DNA from: Coraliomargarita sp.
GTDB taxonomy: Bacteria; Verrucomicrobiota; Verrucomicrobiia; Opitutales; Coraliomargaritaceae
DNA: 64,000 nt
Direction of reading: 5' to 3'
NCBI GenBank assembly: GCA_965216325.1
Contig: OZ244160.1
Location: forward strand, 2,368,001 to 2,432,000
The notes beneath the pieces were generated by a model. That model had not been told where the DNA came from and did not search any database. It saw nothing but the letters and a program-made list of their open reading frames with translations. The position numbers were made by a program, and so were the translations under genes. This document shows positions 41,872-51,187 of the stretch, piece by piece (the stretch's first letter is position 1; each line of letters begins with the position of its first letter).

Positions 41872-42039
41872 GTGGCGATCTGTTCGGCCGTGTATGATCG
41901 TTCATCATTTCAATTGGGCCTATTAGTCGCGCCAGTCCGGATCGCGATCAATTGATCTAGGTCTAGTTTTCTCGAAAACGTCGCTTCGTTACTTGTCATC
42001 TGCTTACCCCTCTACTTTCTTTATTACTCCTGCTCCTCC

Positions 42040-45000
42040 ATGTCCTCTCCACTGATACCACGCCAACAAAACTCATCTGGAGGGTTTGCGCTTGTTCTTG
42101 CCCTGAGCCTGATGGCTTTTGTGCTGTTGCTGGTGCTTTCGATTAGCACCTTGGTGAGCGTGGAGTCCAAGTCGTCGTCGATGGTTTCGGCTCGCGCTGA
42201 AGCTGAGCAAGCCGCACTTGTGGGGCTACAGGTGGCGATTGGCGAATTGCAGAAGAGCGTCGGGCCGGATCAACGTGTAACCGCACGTGCAGACCGACTC
42301 CCTGCGCCGAATGCGAATCGTCAATATTATACCGGCGTGTGGGATAGCACGAATGGAGATTTCGTGCAGTGGCTAGCGAGTGCGGCGGATGCCAATGGCA
42401 TCCAAGATCCTACAGCGTTGAAGAATGAGGCAGATGTGAATGCGGCCTCGTTAGCTCCTGAGAGTATTGTTCTACACCGCTCGATTGATGGGACGGAGGA
42501 TGTCACTGCTGACAAGGTAGAGCTGGAGCCCTCGACGGCCTATGCCTATTGGGTTGCGGATGAGGGGGTAAAGGCGAAGGTGAATACCATCGCGGATGAA
42601 GACTATTATGCGATGGTGGCGGATGCGGACCCGACCGATCCCAAGTGGCTTTCTTCCATGGGGGCTGCGCCGACGGTTGGTGCTGAATTGATTCCGGAAC
42701 TGAATGCGGCCGTCGCTGCGAAACATATAGATCCAGCAATTCGTGAAAGCTTGAGGAAGTTACAAGCTGCCGATGATTTGAAGCTGCTTAATGTGGGTGC
42801 GGATGCACTTCGGCGATTGAAGCATGATATTACACACTATTCATACGGTCTATTAACGAATCCGGTGGATGGAGGCTTAAAGACGGACCTGTCGTTGGCC
42901 TTTGAACACGGGAATATGGATGCGGGGAATGTTTTCGTTGTTGAGGATTACACACATCCGGATGCTGGTTCCATCGATGTGCGTGGGCCGACGTGGTCGG
43001 TGTTTCAAGATCATTACAATCTCTATAAACAGATGTCGTTCAGTTCGGGTATTCCAAGCATCCAGACGACCGACCCTACATCGCATGGTGAGCTGACGGG
43101 AACTGGAGTCGGGAGCGATGCGGGCAATTTTTACGTGTTTCGTGGTGAGATCTTTTATCGTTTCTTAGATCCGAACGTTTACGAGGTTGCAGAGAATTTG
43201 AACAACGGCTCGTTTGATGGCTTTGAGTTGCCCCGGCCTGTTCTTGTGCAACGGCAACCAGTCTACCTTGGCCATATCATGGTAATCTCTATGTTCAATG
43301 ACGGTGGCATTCTTAAGACCGTGTTGAACCCGGTGGCGATCCTTTGGAACCCATATAATGTCCAGCTTGAGCTTGCCAGTGAGTCGAGGGTGAAAGTTCA
43401 GCCCTGTATCGCGGTTGAGTATCGATTCAATGGTGACACGGACCCATATAAGGGGCGTGCATCGGTTCCGATTATGCTACAGGAGCAACTTGGTGTGCGA
43501 CGCCCGGATCTTTATTTGACGATTCCAAGTGGTGATCAATTTGCTCCGGGGGAGTTGAAACTCTACTCTGCGGATGGTGTCGTGACGAGCCCTTTCGTTT
43601 CAACGACAACAACCTTTAATCCTGCTAGTGGGGTCTATTTGGATCGATGGTTGGATGCTTCCTTGATTGGTCGCAATGATATCCTGACGCTGAGCAATAC
43701 CGCGAATTATGTGCCTGATGGGCTTACGGTTCCGCCGGAAGTTACCTCAATCGACATTGCGATTTCTCCGTATCAGACGAATTTCAACGAGTCCTACTAC
43801 GAACTGCCAAGTTCACCAAATCACTATTATCAGAAGCTATACGCGTTTACCGGAGATATGGGGACCGGGCCGACTGGGCCACAAGGCACCTTCGATGTGA
43901 CGACAAGCGGCAAGGAGGGGTTGAGCTTTGTGTCGAGTCAACCGGTATCCGCGTTGGGGTCTCCGTATCCAATCGGTGTCTTCAATTGGACGACTGCGGC
44001 TGCGGATAACATCAACAATCATCTGTATGCTTCAGACCCGAACAAGGCGAGTGCAGTGGATATGTTTCTGGTGTCGAATCCGCGTGCACCGTTTTCCACC
44101 AGCGAGATTGGGACCTACTGGCACCAGCGTTCGAATGTTCATACAACACTGGAACCTTTGGCTTTTGCCGGAGGAATTACCGAGCTGGAGAATTTCTTTT
44201 TTAACTACGAACGCCCGCATTATGGAACTTCGTATAACACTGTTGGCAACGGGCAAAATCGTCCGATCGCTTGGGAGTTTCCTCTGGCACCACTGACATC
44301 GATTGCCCAGTTGCAGCATGTCTTCTTTAATGTCGATGGCTATGAGCCGTCATATGCAATTGGCAATTCATTCGCGTCTCCCTACCTGCGTAGAGATGAG
44401 TCGATTTCAACGGTTGGGCCGATCCAGTATTTAAACAATGGTGCAACATGGACCGGGTCTGCGGTTGATTTCTCATACCTTTTGAATGAGGCATTGTGGG
44501 ATGATTATTTCTTCTCGTCACTCTCGCCGACTTATGAGGACGGATCAGAGACTGAGGACATTGAAGAAGCGGTCGATGCCTTCTTGGATGGCAGCGGAAG
44601 GCTGAAGAATTCTCGCATGCATTTACATTTGCCTGCGACAACCGATGCCAATGGGCTTGCTGAGATATTGAAAGATCAGGACCCGGATAATGATCCAGAG
44701 AACGTCATTGCTGCTCACCTGATGGTCGAGGGTGCTTTTAATGTGAATTCGACCTCGGTTCCGTCCTGGAGAGCGTTTCTTGGCAGCGCGTATAACTTGC
44801 CTGCCGTTGGGATGGAACTCGAAGATGGCGGCGGAGAGTCTCTTGAGATTGAAACGAATACAGATGAGGCTGCCTTTTCCCGTTTCTCAATGCCGACCTT
44901 GGACAAAAGTCACCCGAGTGCTGCTACGATACAGAACAATCAGGGGAGTGGTTACCGGACATTGGACGCGGCTGAACTGGATGCGTTAGCTACTGAAGTC

Positions 45001-45525
45001 GTGGAGCAAGTTAAAGCGCGTGGCCCTTTCGTGTCGCTTTCTGACTTTATTAATCGAAAACTTTCGACTGGCGATGATGGCTTGGTGGGACCCTTGCAAC
45101 AGGCGATCAATGATGCGGGCTTAAACGATAACTATGAACTTGGATTGCCTGTTGATTATAGTGGTAGCTCGCCTTCATCGAGTCGGCGCCATGATGTTTT
45201 TCTCGATCCCGAAGCAGGCACGGGTAACTCATACGGCGCTGGTCCAGGGTATTTGCTCCAGGGAGACTTGTTGAATTCTTTGGGTTCCAGTATGACAGTG
45301 AAGTCGAATACCTTTACGATTCGAAGCTATGGGGAGTCGCGCAACCCTATTAGCGGTGCGAGTGCAGAGGTATATCTTGAGGCGACTGTGCAGCAGTTTC
45401 CTGATTTTGTCGATCGTAGTGAATCGGCGGATACAGAGCTGGCTGACTTGAGTCCGATAAACGAACGTTTTGGGCGACAGTTTAAAATTGTTCAAATACG
45501 CTACCTGAGTTCGGACGAAATATAG
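42040..45525 (+). CDS. Large PilX/GspK-like minor pilin protein (Verru_Chthon cassette protein A-like)
   Basis: SGG|FALVLALSLM prepilin-like N-terminus without Glu5; GELQKSVGPDQRVTA, AYWVADEGVKA, GAFNVNSTS, RGPFVSLSDFINR, SNTFTIRSYG, FGRQFKIV. Confidence 0.8.
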   Translation: MSSPLIPRQQNSSGGFALVLALSLMAFVLLLVLSISTLVSVESKSSSMVSARAEAEQAALVGLQVAIGELQKSVGPDQRVTARADRLPAPNANRQYYTGVWDSTNGDFVQWLASAADANGIQDPTALKNEADVNAASLAPESIVLHRSIDGTEDVTADKVELEPSTAYAYWVADEGVKAKVNTIADEDYYAMVADADPTDPKWLSSMGAAPTVGAELIPELNAAVAAKHIDPAIRESLRKLQAADDLKLLNVGADALRRLKHDITHYSYGLLTNPVDGGLKTDLSLAFEHGNMDAGNVFVVEDYTHPDAGSIDVRGPTWSVFQDHYNLYKQMSFSSGIPSIQTTDPTSHGELTGTGVGSDAGNFYVFRGEIFYRFLDPNVYEVAENLNNGSFDGFELPRPVLVQRQPVYLGHIMVISMFNDGGILKTVLNPVAILWNPYNVQLELASESRVKVQPCIAVEYRFNGDTDPYKGRASVPIMLQEQLGVRRPDLYLTIPSGDQFAPGELKLYSADGVVTSPFVSTTTTFNPASGVYLDRWLDASLIGRNDILTLSNTANYVPDGLTVPPEVTSIDIAISPYQTNFNESYYELPSSPNHYYQKLYAFTGDMGTGPTGPQGTFDVTTSGKEGLSFVSSQPVSALGSPYPIGVFNWTTAAADNINNHLYASDPNKASAVDMFLVSNPRAPFSTSEIGTYWHQRSNVHTTLEPLAFAGGITELENFFFNYERPHYGTSYNTVGNGQNRPIAWEFPLAPLTSIAQLQHVFFNVDGYEPSYAIGNSFASPYLRRDESISTVGPIQYLNNGATWTGSAVDFSYLLNEALWDDYFFSSLSPTYEDGSETEDIEEAVDAFLDGSGRLKNSRMHLHLPATTDANGLAEILKDQDPDNDPENVIAAHLMVEGAFNVNSTSVPSWRAFLGSAYNLPAVGMELEDGGGESLEIETNTDEAAFSRFSMPTLDKSHPSAATIQNNQGSGYRTLDAAELDALATEVVEQVKARGPFVSLSDFINRKLSTGDDGLVGPLQQAINDAGLNDNYELGLPVDYSGSSPSSSRRHDVFLDPEAGTGNSYGAGPGYLLQGDLLNSLGSSMTVKSNTFTIRSYGESRNPISGASAEVYLEATVQQFPDFVDRSESADTELADLSPINERFGRQFKIVQIRYLSSDEI

Positions 45526-45547
45526 ACGGTATCCTCCCTTAGTAGTT

Positions 45548-46243
45548 ATGAGATTATTTCGATATATTGCTTGTTTGTTTGCTCTAGTGCACTCGGTGGC
45601 TGCACAGCCTGACGAGGAAGTCGTGCGTTTTGACTTTCGTTGTTTGGCAATGTCGAAGGATCTTCGATTGATGAAGCTTTATGTTGGTGCTCCTGAGGGG
45701 AGCGAGCGCCAGCAAGTCCGCTTGAATGATTTGTCCAAGACTGAAACTTACAGCTACTCAGGAGCACCACTCTTGTATTTCTACGATCAGGCTCAGGGGG
45801 GGGCTGTCGTTGCAAGCTACCGCCATAATCCTATGCATGAAGCCCCTTTGCTCATTTTCGTCCAGAATGCAGAGGGCGCGATGCCAGCTTTCAGCGTGCT
45901 TGGAATTGAGGATAGTTGGTCAAAGGTTGGGGCTGGTTCCAGCTTATTGGTCAACCTTGCGAGTAAACCGCTCTACTGGCAGTTCGGAGATCAACGCTTT
46001 GAAATTCCATCAAAAGATCAGCGCCTAATTTCAGGAACAAAAGATGCTAAAACACCTGTTGTTGCTCTAGAGGTGGATCAGAATGGAAATCCGTTTCGTG
46101 TATATCGTGGACAGTGGCTGAATATTGAGAATATGCGCCGCCTAATCTTTGTGCGGGACACAACAGATTGTGAAGTTGGTTCTGTGCGTGTAAAAGTGAT
46201 TGAAGACTTTTACGTTCCTAAGGCTGAGGCCGAGGAGGACTAG
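45548..46243 (+). CDS. Secreted hypothetical protein, co-transcribed with the pilin-like gene
   Basis: 231-aa ORF with signal peptide, 22 bp downstream of the previous stop. Confidence 0.75.
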   Translation: MRLFRYIACLFALVHSVAAQPDEEVVRFDFRCLAMSKDLRLMKLYVGAPEGSERQQVRLNDLSKTETYSYSGAPLLYFYDQAQGGAVVASYRHNPMHEAPLLIFVQNAEGAMPAFSVLGIEDSWSKVGAGSSLLVNLASKPLYWQFGDQRFEIPSKDQRLISGTKDAKTPVVALEVDQNGNPFRVYRGQWLNIENMRRLIFVRDTTDCEVGSVRVKVIEDFYVPKAEAEED

Positions 46244-46256
46244 AGCATTGCAGAAA

Positions 46257-46337
46257 GGTAGGGAGGTCTGCCCTCAGACCTCTGATGCGGCGTTGTCAGT
46301 GTTGTCGAGCGGGGGCATGGGGGCATGCCTCCCTACC
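46257..46337. repeat. Third copy of the RAYT-associated REP doublet
   Basis: GGTAGGGAGGTCTGCCCTCAGACCTC...GCGGCGTTGTCAGTGTTGT...GGCATGCCTCCCTACC. Confidence 0.9.
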
Positions 46338-46409
46338 AATAAAAGTCACAGGGTAGTTGTCTGTTTCGGCGACAGATTACGAGGGCGAGCAATCGTTTGT
46401 TGAGTAAAA

Positions 46410-48911
46410 TTAATCAGTCCGGGAGGCGTCGAAGGCGATGGCATCCAGTGCGACTTGGTCGCCCTTGGTAGCGTCGACGCCGTTGACGCGGATACCGATC
46501 ACGATGCGCTCGAAGCCATCGGGAAGTTTAAAGGCTTCGGACTGGTAGGACTGCCACTCTGGATTATAGGTAGTCAAGGAGCCTGAGGCGATCAGGCTGC
46601 CTGTCTGCGGGAGTTCTTCAAGTGTGCCGAAGGCCCCGCCGTATGTAAGGCGATCATCGTTTGCTTCGGCTGTATAGCCCCAGACGGCCCATGAAATTTG
46701 GTTGGCTGGGCTGGCGTCGGCATCCTTGCTCTTGTATGCGAAACCGAAGGTGTAAGTGCCGGTGCTGGGAGCGGCGAGTGTTTGATAGAAGTTGGTGCCT
46801 TGCGTCATTCCTCCAGTGATGACGTAAGGTGGGCGTTGATCGTGTTCGACTAGGCGGAAGCGGTCACCGAAGAGCGGAATATACCAGAGATCCAGCTCAG
46901 AGCTTTGGACGGTGAACTCATCCCATTGAGCGGGTTGTTTCACGCCAGTTGAGAAATCGCCATTGCCGAGTAAGGCCGCGCTTGGACTTGTCTGTGCGGT
47001 AATTACGAGGTCGCCGGAGATGTTATCGAAGGAATGATCCCAGCCGTCAAAGGCCCAGCCATAGCCTGCTTGCACGATGGGTGCTTCGGCAGCTTTGCCC
47101 TCGGCAATGAGCTGTTCTAATGCACCTCCGCCCAGATGTTTTAGTGTGTCCGGAAGCACAAATTGGACGGTGCAGATTGTTTTATAGTTGGCAGTTATGC
47201 TGGCTGGCTCCGCGGGCATCCAGTAGAGCGTTGCTTCGGAGTCGGAGCTGTCGATGATTCCGGCAGAGCTTGTCCAGTTGTAGAACTTTTTGCCGTCTTT
47301 GTGCGTGGGGGCTTTGAGGGTTACGATGCTGCCACTGGCGTAAGCTGCAGTTCCATCAGCGTTGATGACCGTAAGCTGATGTTGCTCAGGCATCGGTGCT
47401 GTCACCGAGAGTATTGTCTCGCCTGCTGTTACCTGGTGTGAGATGCCATTAATGACCAAGTTAAAGGCTGCGTTGCTGGAGACGGTTACGGTGCCCGTTC
47501 CATCGTATAGGATGTCAGCAATGGTCTTGCCGAACTTGAAATTCTTCACGCCGTGGCGTTGCTGCTGGTGCAGGCGCCATTCGATGCGTTGTTGCTTTGC
47601 GTCAACGGTGTGGAAGCCGAGCACGTTTTCGATAAACATCGAGATCGGGCCAAGTGCGGACCAACCACAGAAGTCAGGGCGCACGATGTGGCCATTTCTG
47701 CGGACGACCGGATGGTCGCGACTGGGGCTGTAGCATTCCCAGATCGTGTTGGGCTCTACTGCATGGTAGGTGCGAAACATGTGAGCGAGTAGATTCTCCG
47801 CGGCTTCATCGGCTTCGGCGTGGTAGCCGTATCGCTCCAATGCCTTGGTGCCCATATAAGCGGTTGGCAGCCAAATGCCGCCACGCCAATAGTCGCCATC
47901 TCCACCGTGATAGTGAGGGTCGTTGCGGGCAATCGTGACCCAGGGGCGGATGCCGCCAAAGGTTTTCGGATCACTTAGGTGCTCGGCCATGCGTGCCGCT
48001 TGTTCGGGCGAGGCCATTTCGGCTAGTAGCGGCCAGTAGGAGGCGGGTGTCTTTACTTTGTGAAATTTGCTGCCGTCTTCGGAGATGTCGTAATAGAAGC
48101 CGTCTTCGTCATCCCAATAGTAGGTGTTGACCGTTTCTTTGAGCGCCTCGTATGTGGCTTTCCATTCGGTGGCGATCTCGGTTTCGCCGATACGCTCTGC
48201 CATCCGGTAAATCGCCAATGCCGAGAGCCCCTGTTGTGCGATCGCATCGATCCATAAGGCAGTTTGTGGGCGAGGCGTATTATCCATGCCACTGGAGCAA
48301 CCCGACCATTGAAAGCCGAGCTCTTTAGGCACAAGCGTCACTTCAGCGCTGGCCCCGTGTGTGGTGTGATGCTGCCAGCCGTATTCCAGATTGTTAAACC
48401 AATCGAAGTGGCGCTGGAGATATTGAGTTTCGGTTAAGAGTTGCCGTGCGTGCGCGTCGTCGCCGGTGAATAGGTAGTTGCCGTATTCAGCCCAGGCAAA
48501 GAGCGGGGGATTGTCTGGGTGTTGGATGCCGAGTGGGAAACTTCCGTCTTTAAATTGCTCTGCATGAAAGGCTTCGTAGAAGTTGTTCAGTGTCTCTACT
48601 CCGGGAAACTTTTCCGGGGAGTATTTACAGAATAAGACCATGAAGGCTGTATCCCAAATCCAAATACGACTCGAAGCAAAGGCCTCATCCATGTAGGGAC
48701 TTTGCGGTAAGCCTTCTTGAGTGGCTACGTGATCCCATGCCTGTTCCCAAGCGGTCCAGTAGAGGTCTACATAGCCGGGCTCTTTATCGAAAACAGGTTC
48801 TGGAACCCATTCTCGATTAAAGCGTTCTTTAACGGCGCTTTCCGCAGCCTGAGCGCCGATGCACAGGCTGGTTAGGGCCATGCAGCTAGCCAGAATTTGT
48901 GTGGTTTTCAT
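46410..48911 (-). CDS. (alpha/alpha)6 glycoside hydrolase (GH63/MGH1-like) with InlB-like repeats and a CBM-like tail
   Basis: IWIWDTAF, NPPLFAWAE, SGMDNTPR, YWRGGIW, IWECYSP; signal peptide. Confidence 0.85.
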   Translation of the reverse strand: MKTTQILASCMALTSLCIGAQAAESAVKERFNREWVPEPVFDKEPGYVDLYWTAWEQAWDHVATQEGLPQSPYMDEAFASSRIWIWDTAFMVLFCKYSPEKFPGVETLNNFYEAFHAEQFKDGSFPLGIQHPDNPPLFAWAEYGNYLFTGDDAHARQLLTETQYLQRHFDWFNNLEYGWQHHTTHGASAEVTLVPKELGFQWSGCSSGMDNTPRPQTALWIDAIAQQGLSALAIYRMAERIGETEIATEWKATYEALKETVNTYYWDDEDGFYYDISEDGSKFHKVKTPASYWPLLAEMASPEQAARMAEHLSDPKTFGGIRPWVTIARNDPHYHGGDGDYWRGGIWLPTAYMGTKALERYGYHAEADEAAENLLAHMFRTYHAVEPNTIWECYSPSRDHPVVRRNGHIVRPDFCGWSALGPISMFIENVLGFHTVDAKQQRIEWRLHQQQRHGVKNFKFGKTIADILYDGTGTVTVSSNAAFNLVINGISHQVTAGETILSVTAPMPEQHQLTVINADGTAAYASGSIVTLKAPTHKDGKKFYNWTSSAGIIDSSDSEATLYWMPAEPASITANYKTICTVQFVLPDTLKHLGGGALEQLIAEGKAAEAPIVQAGYGWAFDGWDHSFDNISGDLVITAQTSPSAALLGNGDFSTGVKQPAQWDEFTVQSSELDLWYIPLFGDRFRLVEHDQRPPYVITGGMTQGTNFYQTLAAPSTGTYTFGFAYKSKDADASPANQISWAVWGYTAEANDDRLTYGGAFGTLEELPQTGSLIASGSLTTYNPEWQSYQSEAFKLPDGFERIVIGIRVNGVDATKGDQVALDAIAFDASRTD

Positions 48912-48944
48912 CTTCAGAGTGTTCTGGAGGTTGTTAGGGGAGGC

Positions 48945-50975
48945 CTAGTTGGTCGCCTTTTTGACTCCATCGATCGTTTCTTCCAACTCGATCGAGACAT
49001 CGATCTGGTTGTTGAACTGCTGTTGATACTGGTCGGCCGTCAGTTCGAGGCCGCCTCCGTTCATGAGAATGGTTTGTGGATATTCGCCACCGAGCCACTG
49101 CAGTCTGCGCAGTTGTTGGCCGTTGCCGTGGTGTGCATTGCTGGTAAAGCTTTTTTGGGTGCCACCGACATTCACATCGAGCTTATGTGTGAAGATGAGG
49201 TGATCCAGAGTCTGCCAGTCGGTTGGTGTGCCGTTTTGGTTGTCTCTGGCTGGTTTTAAGTCGTCGATGCGAATTTCGACAGTTTGCCAGTCGGGGGAGG
49301 CTTCGATGGGCATGACGCAGTAGAACTCTCCGGACGGATACTCGCGCCCATACTTGGAATAGCTGTTGAAGGAGAATTCGAGGATCAGGTTTTCGCCGGC
49401 AGGATCCAACACATCGACTGCGAGTGTCGCACCAATTGGGCCGCGCCATTTCGGGTCACGAATCTTACGAGTGTTTAGTCGATTTTTTGAGTAGCGATAC
49501 CAGTCGGGGAGCCCGTCATTTTCAAAGCTCTCTTGAATCATTCGGGTCGTGACGTCGGTGACGGCAGGCTGTGCGGCTTGAACTTCAGGGATCTCAAACT
49601 TTTGCACGTTGGTGCTTAGGATGTAGCGATCCGCTGGATCTTTTCTCCACCAAGGGCCATGAAGGTTTAGGCCTTCGGGATGCTTGTAGTAAACGTTTGC
49701 CATCGCGAAGAACCCCAAATCGGTCGAGGTGATCGGTGCCGATGCAATGTAAAGATCACCCTGTTGTTTGACTTCGGCAGATCGGTTGAAGCGGAACTGT
49801 CCATTGGGATCCTGGGAGTAGAAGATTTCAACGCGGTCAATTTCCTGAGACGGATCCGGCTTGACGGTAATGACAGGGCCGATGGCGTTGCCCTTCAGAT
49901 CGACATGGATTTGTGGTGTTTGGGGAAGTTGATAGCTACCTTTGAGGTATTGCTCAAACATGAGCAGATCAACGAACTCGCTTTCCAGCGCATGGCGGTG
50001 ATTCATGTGCGGTGTAATGGAGAAGCGCACTGGTGTCTCGGCTGGAATGGCTGGCCAGTTGAAGGCCAAATTCGAGAGCAGGCCGTTGAAGTCATTTTGT
50101 GGGCCTTTATAGAGTATAGGGCAGGTGATGTATGGCAGCATCTTAGCATCGTCGATGAATTTTGCATAGAGTGGCTTGATCGCTTGAGGTCGGGCGGAGT
50201 TGCCCTTGCGCGCTTTGAGTGCTGCGGGTGCAGTGCCGGTGCCACCGCAAGAGGGCACGGCGACTTTCACGCGGTCATCTGTGCCAGCCAGCATCACGGA
50301 GAGCTTGCCGCCCATGGAGTGGCCGTGAACTCCGATCTTCTCAGGATCGACGAAGTCTAGCTGTTGCAAGAGAGTGATCGCGCGCTTGTTGGCGAGGTTG
50401 ATGAGAAACCAGTTGTTGTTACGCGGAGAGTCGAAGTCGTCGTAGGTGAGCTCGTCGGGCTCGGTGTTTGCAAACCAGCCATTGTGGTTTTGAGTTGCAT
50501 CGAGCGGTGCCCATTTGGTGCCAATTGTGCCTTCTCCGGGCTGGCCTGGTTCCTGATGTTCCATCAAGCGGCCGCCCCAGTTGGTTGCCAGCACCGCATA
50601 GCCGTTTTGTGCGATGCCGGAGGCATAGTCGGCCATGGCGCGCTGACCACCGCCGTGGATTTGCACGATGCCAGGTAGTTTGCCTTTGTATTCACTAGGG
50701 TGGGCGAGGTAGCCGCCCATGCGCACTTGTTCGCCCTTAAAGGTGCCCACGGCATAGGAAATCATCTGGATGGTGATGCCTTCGTGCTCATATTCGTGGA
50801 GCACTTCAATGTCGAGGGGGTCTTTGGAGGCATCAAAGCTTGCCCATAGTGCTGGAATGTCCGCGGGTATCGTCTCGGGGCTCATTGGTTGCAGGCTGTC
50901 CTTAGACTTGTCGGCAGCGATGGCCGAAATGCTGATGAACGCACCGAGTGTGCAGAATTTAAGTGATCGAATCAT
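48945..50975 (-). CDS. Secreted alpha/beta-hydrolase (esterase-like) with C-terminal beta domains
   Basis: PGIVQIHGGG, GHSMGG, PHMNH; start ATG 50975 precedes a signal peptide. Confidence 0.85.
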   Translation of the reverse strand: MIRSLKFCTLGAFISISAIAADKSKDSLQPMSPETIPADIPALWASFDASKDPLDIEVLHEYEHEGITIQMISYAVGTFKGEQVRMGGYLAHPSEYKGKLPGIVQIHGGGQRAMADYASGIAQNGYAVLATNWGGRLMEHQEPGQPGEGTIGTKWAPLDATQNHNGWFANTEPDELTYDDFDSPRNNNWFLINLANKRAITLLQQLDFVDPEKIGVHGHSMGGKLSVMLAGTDDRVKVAVPSCGGTGTAPAALKARKGNSARPQAIKPLYAKFIDDAKMLPYITCPILYKGPQNDFNGLLSNLAFNWPAIPAETPVRFSITPHMNHRHALESEFVDLLMFEQYLKGSYQLPQTPQIHVDLKGNAIGPVITVKPDPSQEIDRVEIFYSQDPNGQFRFNRSAEVKQQGDLYIASAPITSTDLGFFAMANVYYKHPEGLNLHGPWWRKDPADRYILSTNVQKFEIPEVQAAQPAVTDVTTRMIQESFENDGLPDWYRYSKNRLNTRKIRDPKWRGPIGATLAVDVLDPAGENLILEFSFNSYSKYGREYPSGEFYCVMPIEASPDWQTVEIRIDDLKPARDNQNGTPTDWQTLDHLIFTHKLDVNVGGTQKSFTSNAHHGNGQQLRRLQWLGGEYPQTILMNGGGLELTADQYQQQFNNQIDVSIELEETIDGVKKATN

Positions 50976-51056
50976 GATGTAAGTTTCTGGGGCGCGGTTT
51001 TTGGTCAATGCGCGTGGTAAAGAACCGATACTCTAGCAATAATCAATGGGTGTCGC

Positions 51057-51074
51057 ATCGCACAGACGTGCGAT
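51057..51074. promoter_or_regulatory. 18-bp operator copy 8 (divergent promoters)
   Basis: ATCGCAC-AGAC-GTGCGAT; TATATT at 51096 (+) and TGc-TAGAGT at 51030-51035 (-), each 21 bp away. Confidence 0.82.
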
Positions 51075-51187
51075 GATCGTGAGCGGTTTTATGCCTATAT
51101 TGTGGAGTTTTTAAGACGGATGTTGAGGCGCTCATAAAAGCATGGAAGTTATCAACAGCGTGCTGTCACTTATTAAGACCCCATAGT

